Positions 49,701-63,116 of a stretch of DNA of 64,000 nt are shown here, in pieces. The position numbers and the translations under genes are program-made. This DNA is from Lophium mytilinum. Lineage: Eukaryota. The DNA lies in NCBI GenBank assembly GCA_010093605.1, contig MU004182.1, positions 186,001 through 250,000 of the forward strand, written 5' to 3'. The notes beneath the pieces were generated by a model, which did no database searches, was not told the origin of the DNA, and saw only the letters and a program-made list of their open reading frames with translations. How positions within the stretch are numbered: position 1 is the first letter of the stretch; every line of letters begins with the position of its first letter.

Positions 49701-52700
49701 CAGGGCTGGTAATCAAGGAGCTCGAAACTGTAGTCGAAGAGAGGCTTGTATCTGTGACCGGAGCATTTGAGGTGGTTGACGAGGAGATGTCGGTGCTGGC
49801 GATCTCGGACCTTGAATCTGTAGTCGAAGAGAGGCTCGCATCTGTAACCGGNNNNNNNNNNNNNNNNNNNNNNNNNNNNNNNNNNNNNNNNNNNNNNNNN
49901 NNNNNNNNNNNNNNNNNNNNNNNNNNNNNNNNNNNNNNNNNNNNNNNNNNNNNNNNNNNNNNNNNNNNNNNNNNNNNNNNNNNNNNNNNNNNNNNNNNNN
50001 NNNNNNNNNNNNNNNNNNNNNNNNNNNNNNNNNNNNTTGAGGTGGTTGACGAGGAGATGTCGGTGCTGGCGATCTCGGAACTTGAATCTGTAGTCGACGA
50101 GAGGCTTGGGCTTTCAACCAGAGCAGTTGAGGTGGTTGACGGGGAGAGATCAGGGCTGGCGATCTCGGAACTCGACACTGCGGACGATGTGAGGCCTGGA
50201 CTTTCGATAGGAGAACTGGTAGAGCTCGTGGACAAGGAAGTAGGGCTCGTGATCAGGGAACTCGAAATTGTAGGCGAAGTGAAGCTTAGGCTTGCGATCG
50301 AAGAGTCTGAAAATGCCGAGGATGAAAACCCAAGACTGCTAGAACTAGAACTAGCTGTGACGCTCGTGCCCTGAACTAAGGCATCACAGGTTCCTATCTC
50401 AGTCTGAGGAGTTCCTCCAACAGCTCCCTGCTTGAGATAGCAGGTGGAACCGCTGGTATAAGAAACATCTGTGCATTCTGAAGTAGTGGCACATCTCGTC
50501 ATGCAGTCCACGAATGAGCCTCCAAAGCTTGGGTCGCCTAGATTGTTGAATGTTTTAATCACGTCATATTGGACTAGGAAAGTGGTATTCCCCAGAATTA
50601 GTGTCGTTGTGTAGTTGGCGATTCCGCCACAGACGGTGGAAGGGGTAGGAGATGGTGATGATGAAACCGAGGATGAGCTTGGAGAGGTTGAAGATGGTAC
50701 TGAGGATCCCGAGGATGAAGATGAGTAACTCGAAGTTGTTTCCGTTTGAAATGATGGCGACGGACTCGTTGTTAGAGATGTGGTTTGGGAGACGGTCGAT
50801 GATGCACTTAGATCCAGTGAGCTTGACAATGGGGATGATTGACTGGTCGATACTGATGGCGACGATGGAGAGTTCGAAGTGCTTTCGGCCTGAGACGATT
50901 GGCCGGAGAACAACGTAGTAGTAAAAGTGCTCGAGGGCTCAGAGGAATAAACCGACTCGCTTTGGCTCGAAGTTATCGAAGATGTTACTGCCGTAGAGCT
51001 CTCGCTAGATGCCGATGGAGATACAGTTGGTGTAGTACTTAGAGGGCTCGAAGGCCCAGACAGTACGGAAGACTCACTAGGGCTGTCGGAGAAATGTGTA
51101 GCTGAGGATCCCGAGAGCAGCGATAGTGAGAGCGATGACGATTCGGAGGACAACGAGGGCGATGATAGAACCGACAACGAGATTGAACCTGTCGTAGCTG
51201 CAGTCTCAGAAAAGGAGCTGGTGGCAGTCGTTTCAGAGAGACTACTCGACCCAAGTGTTGACGTCGCGACTGCAGAGGAAGTCGAGCTAGTCAGACGATA
51301 CCCAGCACACCAGGGGCCGATGGCCTGCAGTGTCTGTGGGCTTTCGGTCTGATATAGGTAGCAGTATGTAGTCCCAACTGAACCGTCACTATCTGGGTAA
51401 TACGCTATCTCGTCGCAGGTAGAATTCAAGCTACAATTCTGAGCACATTCCGAGAATGTAATACCGGCAATGTAATCTCCGATCGGATTCCCTGCGTAGT
51501 AAAAGCCACAGAAGATTTGATATGTGCTGCTCCCAAAGGCTGTAACGCTGCCGTCTTGCCCACATGCACATGTTGCAGGGGACGACGTTGCGGATAGCGA
51601 TAACGTAGTGCCTGAGGCGGTACCTATAGTACTTGTGATGATGCTGGAATCGGATGGACTAGTCAAAGACGATGAGGGAGCCGAAGAGGGCGTCGAGGAA
51701 GTCGATACGACCGAGGAAGAGCTTGATGGTCCAGCTATGATTACTGCATCGCATGTTCCAGTCTCAGACGATGTGGTTCCCAGACTGCCTTTAAGGTAAC
51801 ATATTTGTCCTTCCGTGTACGACAGGTCCACGCAAAGTGCGTTAGTTGCGCAGGCCAACAAACAGTCGTTGAAGCTCCCATCAAAGATCGGACTACCGAG
51901 ATTATCATTCGACTTGACAACGTCTGCTTCAATGAGAAATTCCACGCCTTCAACAATTGCGGTAGAATAGTTGGCGAAACCGTAACAGCTAATAGATGGG
52001 GAGGGACTAGGACTCGATATACCTGACGAACTGCCCATTATTGAGGAGGTGAAATCACCCGACGTACTTGCAGATGCCGAAATTGAGGAAGATGTCAGAA
52101 CCGAAGTAGAGGCAGACGGGCTAGATAACGAAGGCGACGAGAAAGCTGAGAAAGAAGAAGAAGCAGATTGGCTACTTGATACGGACGGCGTTTGTGTTGG
52201 CATCGGACTTGTACTGAACGACTGTATAACAAGCATAGCATCGCATGTTCCTGCCTCCGATGTCGTAGATCCAATATCTTGCTTAAGGTAGCATATGCCG
52301 CCGTTGGTGTAAGATAAATCAACACAAGCCGGCTGTGATACACAGCTATCGATACACTGAGTGAAGTTCAGATTATACAACGGGTCGCCGAGATTGTTGT
52401 TAGATTTCGTAACATCCTCGGTAATGACGAATGTCAGGCCCGCGCTCGTATATGTTGAGCCGCTGAGTCCGTAGCAAGAGTTGGACGGCGATGGTACAGG
52501 GGATGGCGAAGCCAGAGTCGAGGTTCCGGAGAGTGAGGGAGAAGCTTGTGGGCTTGGGCTTGGGCTTGGGCTTGGGCTTGGGCTTGGGCTTGGGCTTGGG
52601 CTTGGGCTTGGGCTTGGGCTTGGGCTTGGGCTTGGACTTGATGCTGATGGTTCCTGAGAAGAAGATTCCAGGGTTGACGTCGCGGTTGCCGAGAGTGAAG

Positions 52701-55700
52701 CCGAAAAGCTCGAGATTGATGATGAAGCCGAGACCTCTGACGACGTAGACACATCTTGCGTCGATGTAGAAGGCAGCGTCGCAGAGACACTTGTGCTACT
52801 AGACTGCGAGATGAGTAGCGCATCGCAGGTCCCCGATTGAGGCGTTGTATCCCCTACGCTCTTCTTGAGGAAACATGGTCCATTGCCCGAGAATGAGAGA
52901 TCTACGCAACCTGGGGTCGCTGTACATTCTTCTATACACTGCGTGAAGTTGATGTTGTAAAGCGGGCCACTGAGATTGTCGTTTGATTTGTACACACCCG
53001 CTGAAATAAGGAAATCTTGGCCAGCGATGGTGACAATGGTGTTGTTCCCTAAACCGTAACAGGGCAGTGACGGCGATGGTGATGGTAAAGGAGTTGACGA
53101 GCTTGGAATCAAGGATACAGAAGTCAAGGTTCCGACTGATGATGAGTCCGACTCCGAAGACAGCAAAGAAGATGACGCTAGAGATGAGGAGGGTAGCCCG
53201 AGCGATGAAGCAGTCGAGCTTGTCACAGATGATGACGCAAGCTCCGACGATGGCGAAGATGATACGGAAGATAAAGATGGTAACTCGGACGATGAATCAG
53301 TTGAAGTTGGTAAGGACGATGACCCAGATTCTGAAAATATTGAGGATGATACGGTTGGAGAAGGCGAGGTGATCTCAGACGATGAAGCAATCGAGGTCGT
53401 TAAGAACGATGACTCAGGCTCAGAAGTTAACGAGGATGACACTGTTGGAGATGGCGAAGGTAGCTCGGACGATGACTCAGGCTCGGAAGTTGTTGAGGAT
53501 ACCGTCAGAGAAGGCGAGGGTAGCTCGGACGATGAAGCAACCGAGGTTGGTAACGACGATGAGTCCGGCTCAGAAGTTGTTGAGAATGTTACCGTTGGAG
53601 AAGGTGATGGTAGCTCGGATGATGAAGCAATCGATGTTAGAGAGGACGATGGCTCAGGCCCAGAAGTCGTTAAGGATAACATGGCTGAAGAAGTCGAGGG
53701 TAGCTGGGACGATATATCGGTCGATGTTGCCAGGGAAGAGGAGCTAGGCTCCGGCAACTGCGAGGAGTAAAACGTGGCAGACGAAGAAGACTGCGATACA
53801 AGTACGGCGTCACAGGTCCCTATTTCAGCCGTGGTGACTCCAACAGACCTCTTGAGGAAGCAGGGCCCACCGTTCGAAAATGACAAATCAACACAGTCTG
53901 GATTCGCTGCGCAAGTTGCAATGCATTCGGTGAAATTCATGTTATAGAGAGGGCCTGTAAGGTTGTCGTTCGACTTGTAGACATCCGCTGAGATAAGGAA
54001 CGATTTCCCTCCAGTCGTGTATGTAGAGCTATTCCCAAGTCCATAGCAGGCCGCAGACGGGGATGGTATGAATGCAGACGAAGAAGTTGAAGAGCTCGGC
54101 AGATTGGATGAGGATGACGACAATGTTAGAGACGAAGAGAGTGGTGTTGACGATGGTGCCGTAGAAGTAGACTGCGAGACAAGCATAGCATCACATGTAC
54201 CCAGCTGGGTCGTCGTCGTTCCCACCGACTTCTGAAGAAAGCAGGGCCCATTAGTCGAGTACGAGAGGTCAACGCAATCCGGACGTGCCGCGCAAGCTGC
54301 AATGCAGTCTGTGAAATTCATGTTGTAGAGAGGGCCCGCGATGTTATCGTTTGATTTGTACACATCGGCTGCGATAAGGAACGTCTTGTCTCCTACGGTG
54401 TAAGTTGATCCGTCCCCTAAGCCATAGCAGGCCGCGGAAGGGGACGGAGTAGAAGTGACGGAGGTTGTTGGACTGGAGACCGCCGGAATTAACGAAGGCG
54501 TTGAAGAGTTTTCTGAGGTGCTCGAAGAATCTGATGAGGAGCTCGAAGCAGAGGTTGCTAGGCTCGATGATACCGATTCCGAGGCGCTTGAAGAAGTTAA
54601 CGATGAGCTGGAAGTAGAAGCTCCCAGACTCGAGGAAGGCAACGAAACCGATTCCGAAGCGCTCGATGAACCAGATGATGAGCTCGAAGCCGAGACTTCC
54701 AGGCTCGATGATATTGATTCCGAGGCGCTCGAAGAAACTAACGCTGAGCTCGAAGCAGAGTCCGACGGGCTGGCCGAAGGCGATGAAGATAGTCCCGATG
54801 TGCTTGAGTAAACTGACGTTGAATTCGAAGCAGAGTCCGACGGGCTAGCTGAAGGCGATGAAAACGACTCCGAAGCGCTTGGAGAAATTGACGCTGAGTT
54901 CGAAGTAGAAACTGCCAGACTCGAAGAAGGCAATGAAAACGATTCCGAAGCGCTTGAAGAAACTGGCCCTGAGCTCGAAGCAGAGTCCGAAGGGTTGCCC
55001 GAAGTCGATGAATATAGTTCCGAGGTACTCGAAGTGGCTGACGATGAGCTAGAAGCAGAGTCTGACGGGCTGAACGGCGGTGAGCTTGAGGTCGTCGAAC
55101 TCTGATCTACGGCGGATGAGATAGACAGAGATGAGCTAGATAGTATTAAGCTTGATACCGACAGGCTCTCGGTGACAGAAGACGACAAAAGTAAAGAGCT
55201 GAAAGTAGAAGACGATACGTCGAACGAGCTCGATGGTGGAGTTGGACTAGTCACTACGACGGAAGAGCTCAACGGGGGACCAGGAATGCCATATGCTGCG
55301 CAATAACCTAGCAGATCCTGTATTGGGTACGATCCAGCTGATATCAAGTAACAGTAGCCAGGGGCAGTAGGAAGGTACAACGCCTCAGTGCATTCAGGAT
55401 CGTCGTCGCAATTTTGTACACACTGTACGATATCAATGCCAGAGGTCGGCGTGGTGTCGGCTGATTGAGACCCAGGGTACCAAGCCCCGCAAACTAGTTG
55501 ATAGTAATTGCCGCCGGACGTCACGAAAGTATATCCCTCAGCTTGCCCACAGCATGCTGCGGCTGAGGATGTCGAGGAAAGAGATGACGTGGTCCCCGAA
55601 GTGACTAAAGAAGAGGAAGCTGTTGATAACGATGAGCTCGAGGTCGAGAGGACTTCTTGTCTCAAAGCTCCGCACTCTCCAGGTTCCAAGACGGCATCTC

Positions 55701-58700
55701 CTACAGTGCCCTTCAGAAAACAGTCGTTCGAGGAAGGATGGAATGACAAGTCGAGACAAGCACTATTTGCTGCACAATAAGATACGCAAGTGTTAAAGTC
55801 CACGCCACGGTAAGTCGCAATGTCACCGTTAAGGTGGTTGATATCGCATTCTACAGTGAAAGTGACATCATTGTTCGTGAAGGTCGTTTGGTTCTGGTAG
55901 CCGCAGCAGTATCCAGACGGAGTCGGACTTGCGGACGAGGTTGATGTTGTGGTTGTCGGGCTTCCTCCAGACAAGAGACCGTCACAGGTTCCGGACTCCG
56001 TAGATGCAGTTCCTACTGAGCTCTTCAAGTAGCAGGTCCCTCCGCTGGTGTAACTAACATCAACACATGAAGAATTTCCTGAGCACCTAGTCAGGCAATC
56101 ATTGAAGGTACCGCCGAAGAATGGGCCATCAAGGAGACCGCCGAAATGTGTGGTATCAACCGAGACAGTAAAGTTTTTTCCGCCGATAGTCGCTGTAGTT
56201 CCATTCGCATATCCTCCGCAGGACGGCTGAGCGGTTGGAGATGGAGAAGACATTGTTGCTGACGTTGAGGTTGAGGTTGAAGCTGTCGGGCTTCCTCCGG
56301 ACAAGAGGCCGTCGCAGGTTCCTAATTCCGTGGATGCCGTACCAACTGAGCTTTTCAAATAGCAGACCCCGGAATCGGTGTAGCTAGTATAGCTAACGTC
56401 AACGCAGGACGAATTTGCTGCACAGGCCGTCAGGCAATCACCGAAAGTCCCGCTATAGATGGGGTCCCCCAGATTGCCACCGAAGTGCGTGACGCCAACT
56501 TGGACGGTAAAGCTTTTGCTCCCTATAATTGCCGTAGTTCCATTCGCGTATCCACCACAAGTTGGTGGAGCGCTCGGGGAAGGGGATGAGGATGTTGCTG
56601 TCGTTAAGGTTGAGAGGGACGGGCTTCGCCCCGATAAGAGGCCGTCACACGTTCCTACCTCTGCGTTTGCATTTCCGACAGAACTTTTCAAGTAGCAAAC
56701 CCCTGAGTCGGTGTAACTAGTGTAGCTAACGTCAACACAAGAGCTGTTCCCCGCACAAGCCGTCAAGCAATCGGCAAAGGTGCCGCCGTAGATGGGATCT
56801 CCCAAATTGCCGCCAAAATGCGTAACGCCGAGTTGTATGGTGAAGGTTTGGCCACCTATGACTGTCGTGGTTCCGTTCGCATATCCACCGCAAGTGGGCG
56901 GAGCGCTTGGAGAGGGAGAAGAGGTTGAAGACGAAGTCGAAGATGACGCCGTCGGTATTGGTAGGAGACCGTCACAGCTTCCGGCTTCAGCATAGGCATC
57001 GCCCACGGAACTTTTCAAGTAGCAAGTCCCACCGCTTGTGTATGTGACATCAACACAACTGGAATTTCCCGCACAGGCCGTCAGGCAATCGTTGAAAGTA
57101 CCACCAAAGAAAGGACCTGCCAAATTACCACCAAAGTGCGTGATACCCAACTGAACCAAAAATGGCTTCCCGCCCACAGTAGCTGTGGATCCGTTTGCGT
57201 AGCCGTAGCAGTCCGTCATGCTTGGGGAGGGTGCCGGGGAAGAGGAAACTGTGGAACTTGACGTCGTTGATATTGGCAAAAGACCATCACAGGTGCCCGC
57301 TTCAGCGTAAGAGCTCCCTACTGAGCTCTTGAGATAACAGGTTCCTCCGATTGTGTAAGATACATCTACACAGCTGGAGTTCCCCGCACAGGCGTTTAGG
57401 CAGTCAATGAACGTCAGACCGAAAAGTGGGTCTCCTAGGTTTCCACCAAAGTGTGTAGTCCCTAGACTTATGAGGAAGGTCTTACCACCAGTAGTAGCTG
57501 TAGACCCATTTGCATACCCGTAACAATCTGTCATACTAGGGGACGGAGACGGGGAGGCGGTCGTTGAGCTTGATGCCGTTGATATTGGCAAGAGACCATC
57601 GCAAGTACCTGCTTCAGCAAAGGCAGTTCCTACGGAGCTCTTCAGGTAACAGGTACCCCCAACTGTGTAGGATACGTCTACGCAGCTGGAGTTTGATGCA
57701 CAACTGGCCAAGCAGTCGCTGAATGCAAGATTGAAAATCGGGTCTCCGAGATTCCCACCGAAGTGCGATATTCCTGTTTGGATAAGGAACTGCTTTCCTC
57801 CAATCGTCGCCGTAGATCCGTTCACGTAGCCGCCGCAGGCCTGCACCGTTGGAGATGGGGAAGAACTCGATGTTGACGTCGTTGAGGATGGGCTGCTTGG
57901 AAGGAGGCCGTCACAGCTCCCCGGATCCGAGATTGTGTTTCCCACAGAACCTTTCAGATAGCAGGTCCCACCAGAGGTATACGTCACATCCAAACAGCTA
58001 GAATTGCCTGCGCATGCTGCTAGACAGTCGCTGAATGCCAGATTATAGATAGGGTCGCCTAGGTTCCCACCGAAGTGACTAATTCCAGACTGGATTAAGA
58101 ACGATTTACCTCCAACAACCGCAGTAGACCCATTTGCGTAACCATAGCATGCGGATGGAGACGGCGAAGCAGCAGCTGAAGAAGAAATAGTCGAAGTACT
58201 AGAGGGCGAAGCTTGAGGGTACAATCCATCACAGGTGCCAGCCTCGTAAACCCGACTACCGACCGAGTTCTTCAAATAGCAAGTGCCCCCGCTGGTGTAT
58301 GAGGCATCAACACAGGCAGGGTTTGCGGCGCAACGTGCCAGACAGCCGGTGAAGTTGAGGTTATAGACTGGTCCCTCAAGATTTCCGCCGTTATGGGAAA
58401 GATCTGACTCGACGAAGAAAGGTATGCCGGCTACTATGGCCGTAGAGGCGTTTGCATAGCCATAGCAGGGAGACGAAGGGGACGCTGTAGCTGACGACGA
58501 TACAGTCGGAGACACGCTATTCGTTGATGAGGAGCTTGGTGTACTCGAACTCACTAGGGCATCGCAAGTCCCGGCCTGATATGTCGGATTGGTTCCAGCG
58601 ACGCCCTGATTCAGATAACAGGTACCTCCGCTGGTATATGCAGCATCTGTGCACCCCTGAGTAGTAGCACAAGTTGTCATGCACTGCGTGAAATTGAGAT

Positions 58701-61700
58701 TGTAGAGGGGTCCAGCGAGCAGCTTATTTGAATTGACGGTGTTAGTTTGGACCAAAAAGGTCACTCCGTTGATGGTGGCTGTGGTACCGTTTGCGTATCC
58801 ATAACAGCTTACGGATGCAGATGGAGATGACGAAGCGAATGTTGATGTTCCAGACGTCGCAGAATTCGAAATGGTTGTCGACGTTACTACGGACCTCACG
58901 GACACCAAGGCGTCACAAGTCCCGGCCTCATACGCTGGATTTGTCCCAGCAACTCCCTGTTTTAGATAGCACGTGCCTCCGCTGGTGTACGAGAGATCTG
59001 TACATGTCGAATTTGACGCGCAGGCCGTAATGCATTGCGTAAAATTCAAATTGAAGAGCGGGTCTCCAAGATTGTTATTGGAGTTCCTAGTGTTTGAGTT
59101 GATGACAAAGGTGACGCCGCCGAATGTAGTAGTTGCAGAGTCCGCGTATCCATAACAAGACGCGGATGGCGACGGCGATGGCGACGAAAAGGTCGACAGT
59201 GACGATGACGGTGAGATGGATGCTATTGAGCTTGAAGCGGACGAGCTAGATAGCGCTGGCGATGAAGACGCCGAGAGCGAAGAAGAGAGTGAGCTGGATG
59301 CTGTCGAACTCGAAGTGGACGAGGATTGCGATGACGTCGATGAAGAAGCCGAGAGCGAAGAGGAAAGTGAGCTGGATGTCGTCAAGCTCGAAGCGGATGG
59401 CGACGGCGATGGGGACGAAGAGGCCGAGAGCGAAAGCGAAGCTGAGCTGGTGGCTGTCAAGCTTGAAGTCGACGAGCTGGACAGCGATGCGCTCCCGATC
59501 ACCAAAGCGTCGCATGTACCACTTTCTGAACTTTTAGTTCCAACGCTCTGTTTCAGATAACAGGTCCCGCCGCTGAGATGAGTAGTCAGTAAATATCTGC
59601 GGTCTCAGGCATAACACCCATACCTTGTATATGCAAGATCAACACAAGCCGCGTTAATTGTGCAGTTCCCCAAGCAGTCTAGAAAAGAACCTCCGAACAG
59701 AGGGTTACCCAAGTTATTGTTTGACTTCGTCACGCCGTATTCAATGTAGAAGGTGACTCCATTGACTGTGGTTGTTGTGCCATTGGAGTAGCCATAACAT
59801 GTTGGCGGAGCTACAGACGTAGTTGAAGATAGTGCCGAACTAGTAGAAGACCCAGGGCTTGCTGAGGGTGCTGAGGTAGGAGACAGGGACTGGGACGATG
59901 ACACTGCGGAAACTGCATTAGAGCTGGAGCTTCCCAGAAGAGTCGTCAGAACGCCGGTGAGAACAAAGCCTAGCCCAATAGTCGAAGTACTTGGAGGAGT
60001 TGAATACAGATTGCAGACTGAAGTCGTAGCGTTATAGACCGCCGATTGGCATGCGTTGTTTCCCCAGCCCGCACAGACGTCTAGACACAACTGAAGCGAA
60101 AAAACTGCCGAGACGCTGGAAAGAAGGGTTCCTGGGGTAGCGTTATTGCACAGAACGGTGTAGTTCTGGCCACTGCTCAAGTATGTCGTGCCATTAGCAG
60201 CTGGGCAAGTGAGGGCAGTAGTTGAAGGAGACGCCGACGAGACTATACTGGAAGATGTCGTAGAAGATATCGTGGGACTCGTAGACCCACTGGCACTTCC
60301 ACTCGAACCCAGAAGGGAGCTCAAGATGCCCGTCAACACGTTACTCACGCCGGTTACTAAGAAATATGATGTCCCTGATGCTGCGCGTCTCAGTGTACAC
60401 ACTTGGCTTGTAGCGTTGTATGAGGCAGTGCCACATCCGCCGCTCGAGTCTAAAAAGCTTGAGCAATAATTGACGCATGTTACCAGATCTGCTGTTATGA
60501 CGGTGCCAATGACAGTCCCTCCGGAAGTATCTGTACCGCACAGAACGGTGTACTGTTGGCCATTGCTCGTGTAGGTTGTGCCGTTAGCACCAGGGCACAC
60601 TAATGCGGATGCTGAGGCTGAGGGTGATGCGGACGCGACTGAGGGGCTGGGACTGCTTCCACTAGAGCCTCCTAGAAGGCCGCTCAGAACCCCGGTCAAT
60701 AGATCAACTGTGCCCCCTACCAAACCAGTTCCAGAGCTTACAGCGGCTCTCAGTGTACAAGTAAGCGTAGTTGAATCGAATGTAGACGAAGCACATTGGC
60801 CGTTCGAGTAGCCGGCGCAATAGTTCAGGCAGGTTGTAAGGTCCGCAACGCCATTAACAGTGCCCAGTATAGTCCCTCCAGTGTTTGTGTAACACAAAAC
60901 CGTATACGTTCGCCCATAACTAGTATACATTGTTCCATTGGCAGACGGACAACTCAAAGCAGTCGAAGATGGCGATGCTGACAGGCTCGTGCTAGAGAGA
61001 ACAGTGCTACTACCTGTAGAACTCGATGCCAATGTGGAACTTGAAAAAAGGCTAAGCGCGGTAGAGCTTGTAGAACTGGATGGTATTATAGAGCTTGAAG
61101 GGGAACTAGTAGCCACTAAAGAGCTTGTAGAACTTGAGGCGAATGTGGAGCTCAAAGGGGAGCTAGTGGCGGTAGAGCCTGAAGAAGAACTAGTAGCCAC
61201 TGAAGAGCTTTTAGTCGTCGTAGAACTTATAGGTGAGACGGAGCTAGAAGCCACCAAGGAGTTCGAGGTTGTAGGCGATGAAGAACCTCCGACCCCTCCA
61301 AGATTGATGCTGGTAATCGATAGACTCGGAAAACTTAATGACAGACCGGAGACAGCGGCGGAGCTGGATATCACCGAATTGCTCGAAGAGACCGAGCTAA
61401 TGATCGAGACTGAGATCGAAAGCACGCTCGACGTTGTTGTAGCAGAAACGGCACTCGACGCAGATGTTGTAATCAGGCTGGTTATGGACGGAGCGCGGGA
61501 CGAGCTCGAACTCGAACTCGACGAGGAAAGCAGTGTAGCAGAACTCGTAACAGCCGGCGAGCTTGTCGTCAACGCTGTCGATGACGACGTAGCCACTGGA
61601 GATGAAGACGGGGCTACCGTCCGCACGGCATCCCAAACCGTGGGATTATAACTACCAGTGTTGGCGAGAGACTTGACATAGCACTCGGCAGGTCCTTGAG

Positions 61701-62424
61701 AGTGGAGCGGGATGTATCCGACATCTTGACAATTGCTCAAGGAGTTGCAGTAGCCGATACAGGCATCGAACGAGCCAGAGTAAGGCGAGTAAAGGGGCCC
61801 GGCAATGTTCGCGTCGTACCTATCCAGATAGCAGGTGATGGTGTAGTAGTATGTTCCTATCCGAACGACCTGGCCATCATTTGCGGGACAGCTGATAGTC
61901 GTGGATGGCGAAGCTACAACAACAACGGTGGTTGAAGGCGTCTGGGTGGTGGTCGTTGCCACCAATACTGCTGAGGATGATGGAACTCCTGTATAGCGCA
62001 CAGCATCGTGGACCGTGGCGACATATGAGCCCGAATTGACCGCACTTTTAGGGTAGCATTGTGGAGGACTCCCAGCGTTATAGCTGACAGCCACACAGTT
62101 GGAGAGGGAGGCGCAATAATCAATACAAGCGTCCATGGTGGCGTATCCGTAGTAGGGGCCGCCAATGTTCGAATCATAGCGATCGTATGAACAGGTGATG
62201 AGGTATGATTTCGATCCGGAAGTGTATATGGTGCCGGATGATCCAGGGCAGACAATCGCGCGTTCTGCCAGTTGTCGCTCTGTCAAGATTTCTGGCACTG
62301 CTAATTCCTTACCCGCCAATGCAGGTACTCGTGCTGGTGCTCCATAAACGAGCGATGTGAAGTGTAAGTTTACCAAAAGAATTGCGAGGCGCCTGTGCCA
62401 GGCGCCTCTGCTAGAACTCGCCAT
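34760..62424 (-). CDS. Giant secreted Ser/Thr-rich mucin-like protein, ~9166 aa, with ~36 PAN/Apple-like modules and two C-terminal CBM18 chitin-binding domains; exons 62424-59624, 59572-35633, 35569-35390, 35339-34760
   Basis: Signal peptide RRLAILLVNLHFTSLVYGA; repeated C-x3-C-x5-C-VDVSY..CYLK modules. Introns 59623-59573, 35632-35570 and 35389-35340 each restore an interrupted domain (YTS/GGTCYLK; CCSRDGHC/GNNDFACG; CCGPDGRC/GNTPFAC). Length includes a 185-N gap. Confidence 0.9.
49852..50036. other. Assembly gap (185 N) inside a ~78-bp coding tandem repeat
   Basis: N run flanked on both sides by near-identical GAGGTGGTTGACGAGGAGATGTCGGTGCTGGCGATCTCGGA units. Confidence 0.95.
52550..52633. 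repeat. Perfect hexanucleotide microsatellite (GGGCTT)14 encoding (Pro-Ser)n on the minus strand
   Basis: Read directly from the sequence. Confidence 0.95.
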
Positions 62425-63116
62425 ACTCACCTGCTAGGCTCGGCCTAGAAGAGAACGTCGCGGATAACTCGAGTCGCCGATCGAGATGGGGAAAATGAAT
62501 GGTAGGCCGGGGAACTAATGAGTGATGAAGGCCGTAAATCGCGAGAAAGACAGCCAGAGGAAGGCTAGTCGACAGCAAGACGCGTCTCGGATGACTTTTC
62601 CAGAAGAGCGGCCTGATCTCTTAATCCCGGGGTACGTGGCGCGTCCATATTTTCGCGGTCTAGTTGGAATGGAGATCTCTCAAGGCATATCTCCGCATGG
62701 GAATGCACCAAAGGCGAGATGGTGGTACATAGGGATCGCTTGTACGGCAGTTGAGCAAGACTGTCGGGTTTGAAGATATAATTGACTACGCGCAGTACAG
62801 ACTTCAAATACTCTTAATCTAAACGAAGTGGAAATGAGTGCAAACCCACGTAGCCTGTGTATGACGCCCACACGTCTGTGGTAATCATGTATGAACTTAC
62901 ATATCGAAAGTTTAGTGGCGATCATGCATCAAAACAGCAGCGTAATCACCCATGCCAGCTTTTCTAGATCTTGATGGACACATGCTGATTCACAGCGTGT
63001 CAAATTTGCAGTAGTTGAAATGCTCTTATCCTCACTAATCGCCCTCTCTTTCTTGGGCTCTGCCGACGGAGCCGTTGTAAGGGTCGGGCCGCCAATGTCT
63101 TCAGCAAGGGGGTTCT

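Noticed and set aside
36344..61651. Many long acidic E/D/L/V-rich plus-strand ORFs
   Set aside because: Antisense shadows of the Ser/Thr-rich codons of the giant minus-strand gene.
62425..62433. Perfect donor-like CAG|GTGAGT immediately before the giant gene ATG (minus strand)
   Set aside because: No convincing branch site and acceptor that preserve a signal peptide; the ATG at 62424 already gives a plausible one. Worth a look only if RNA-seq shows junctions.
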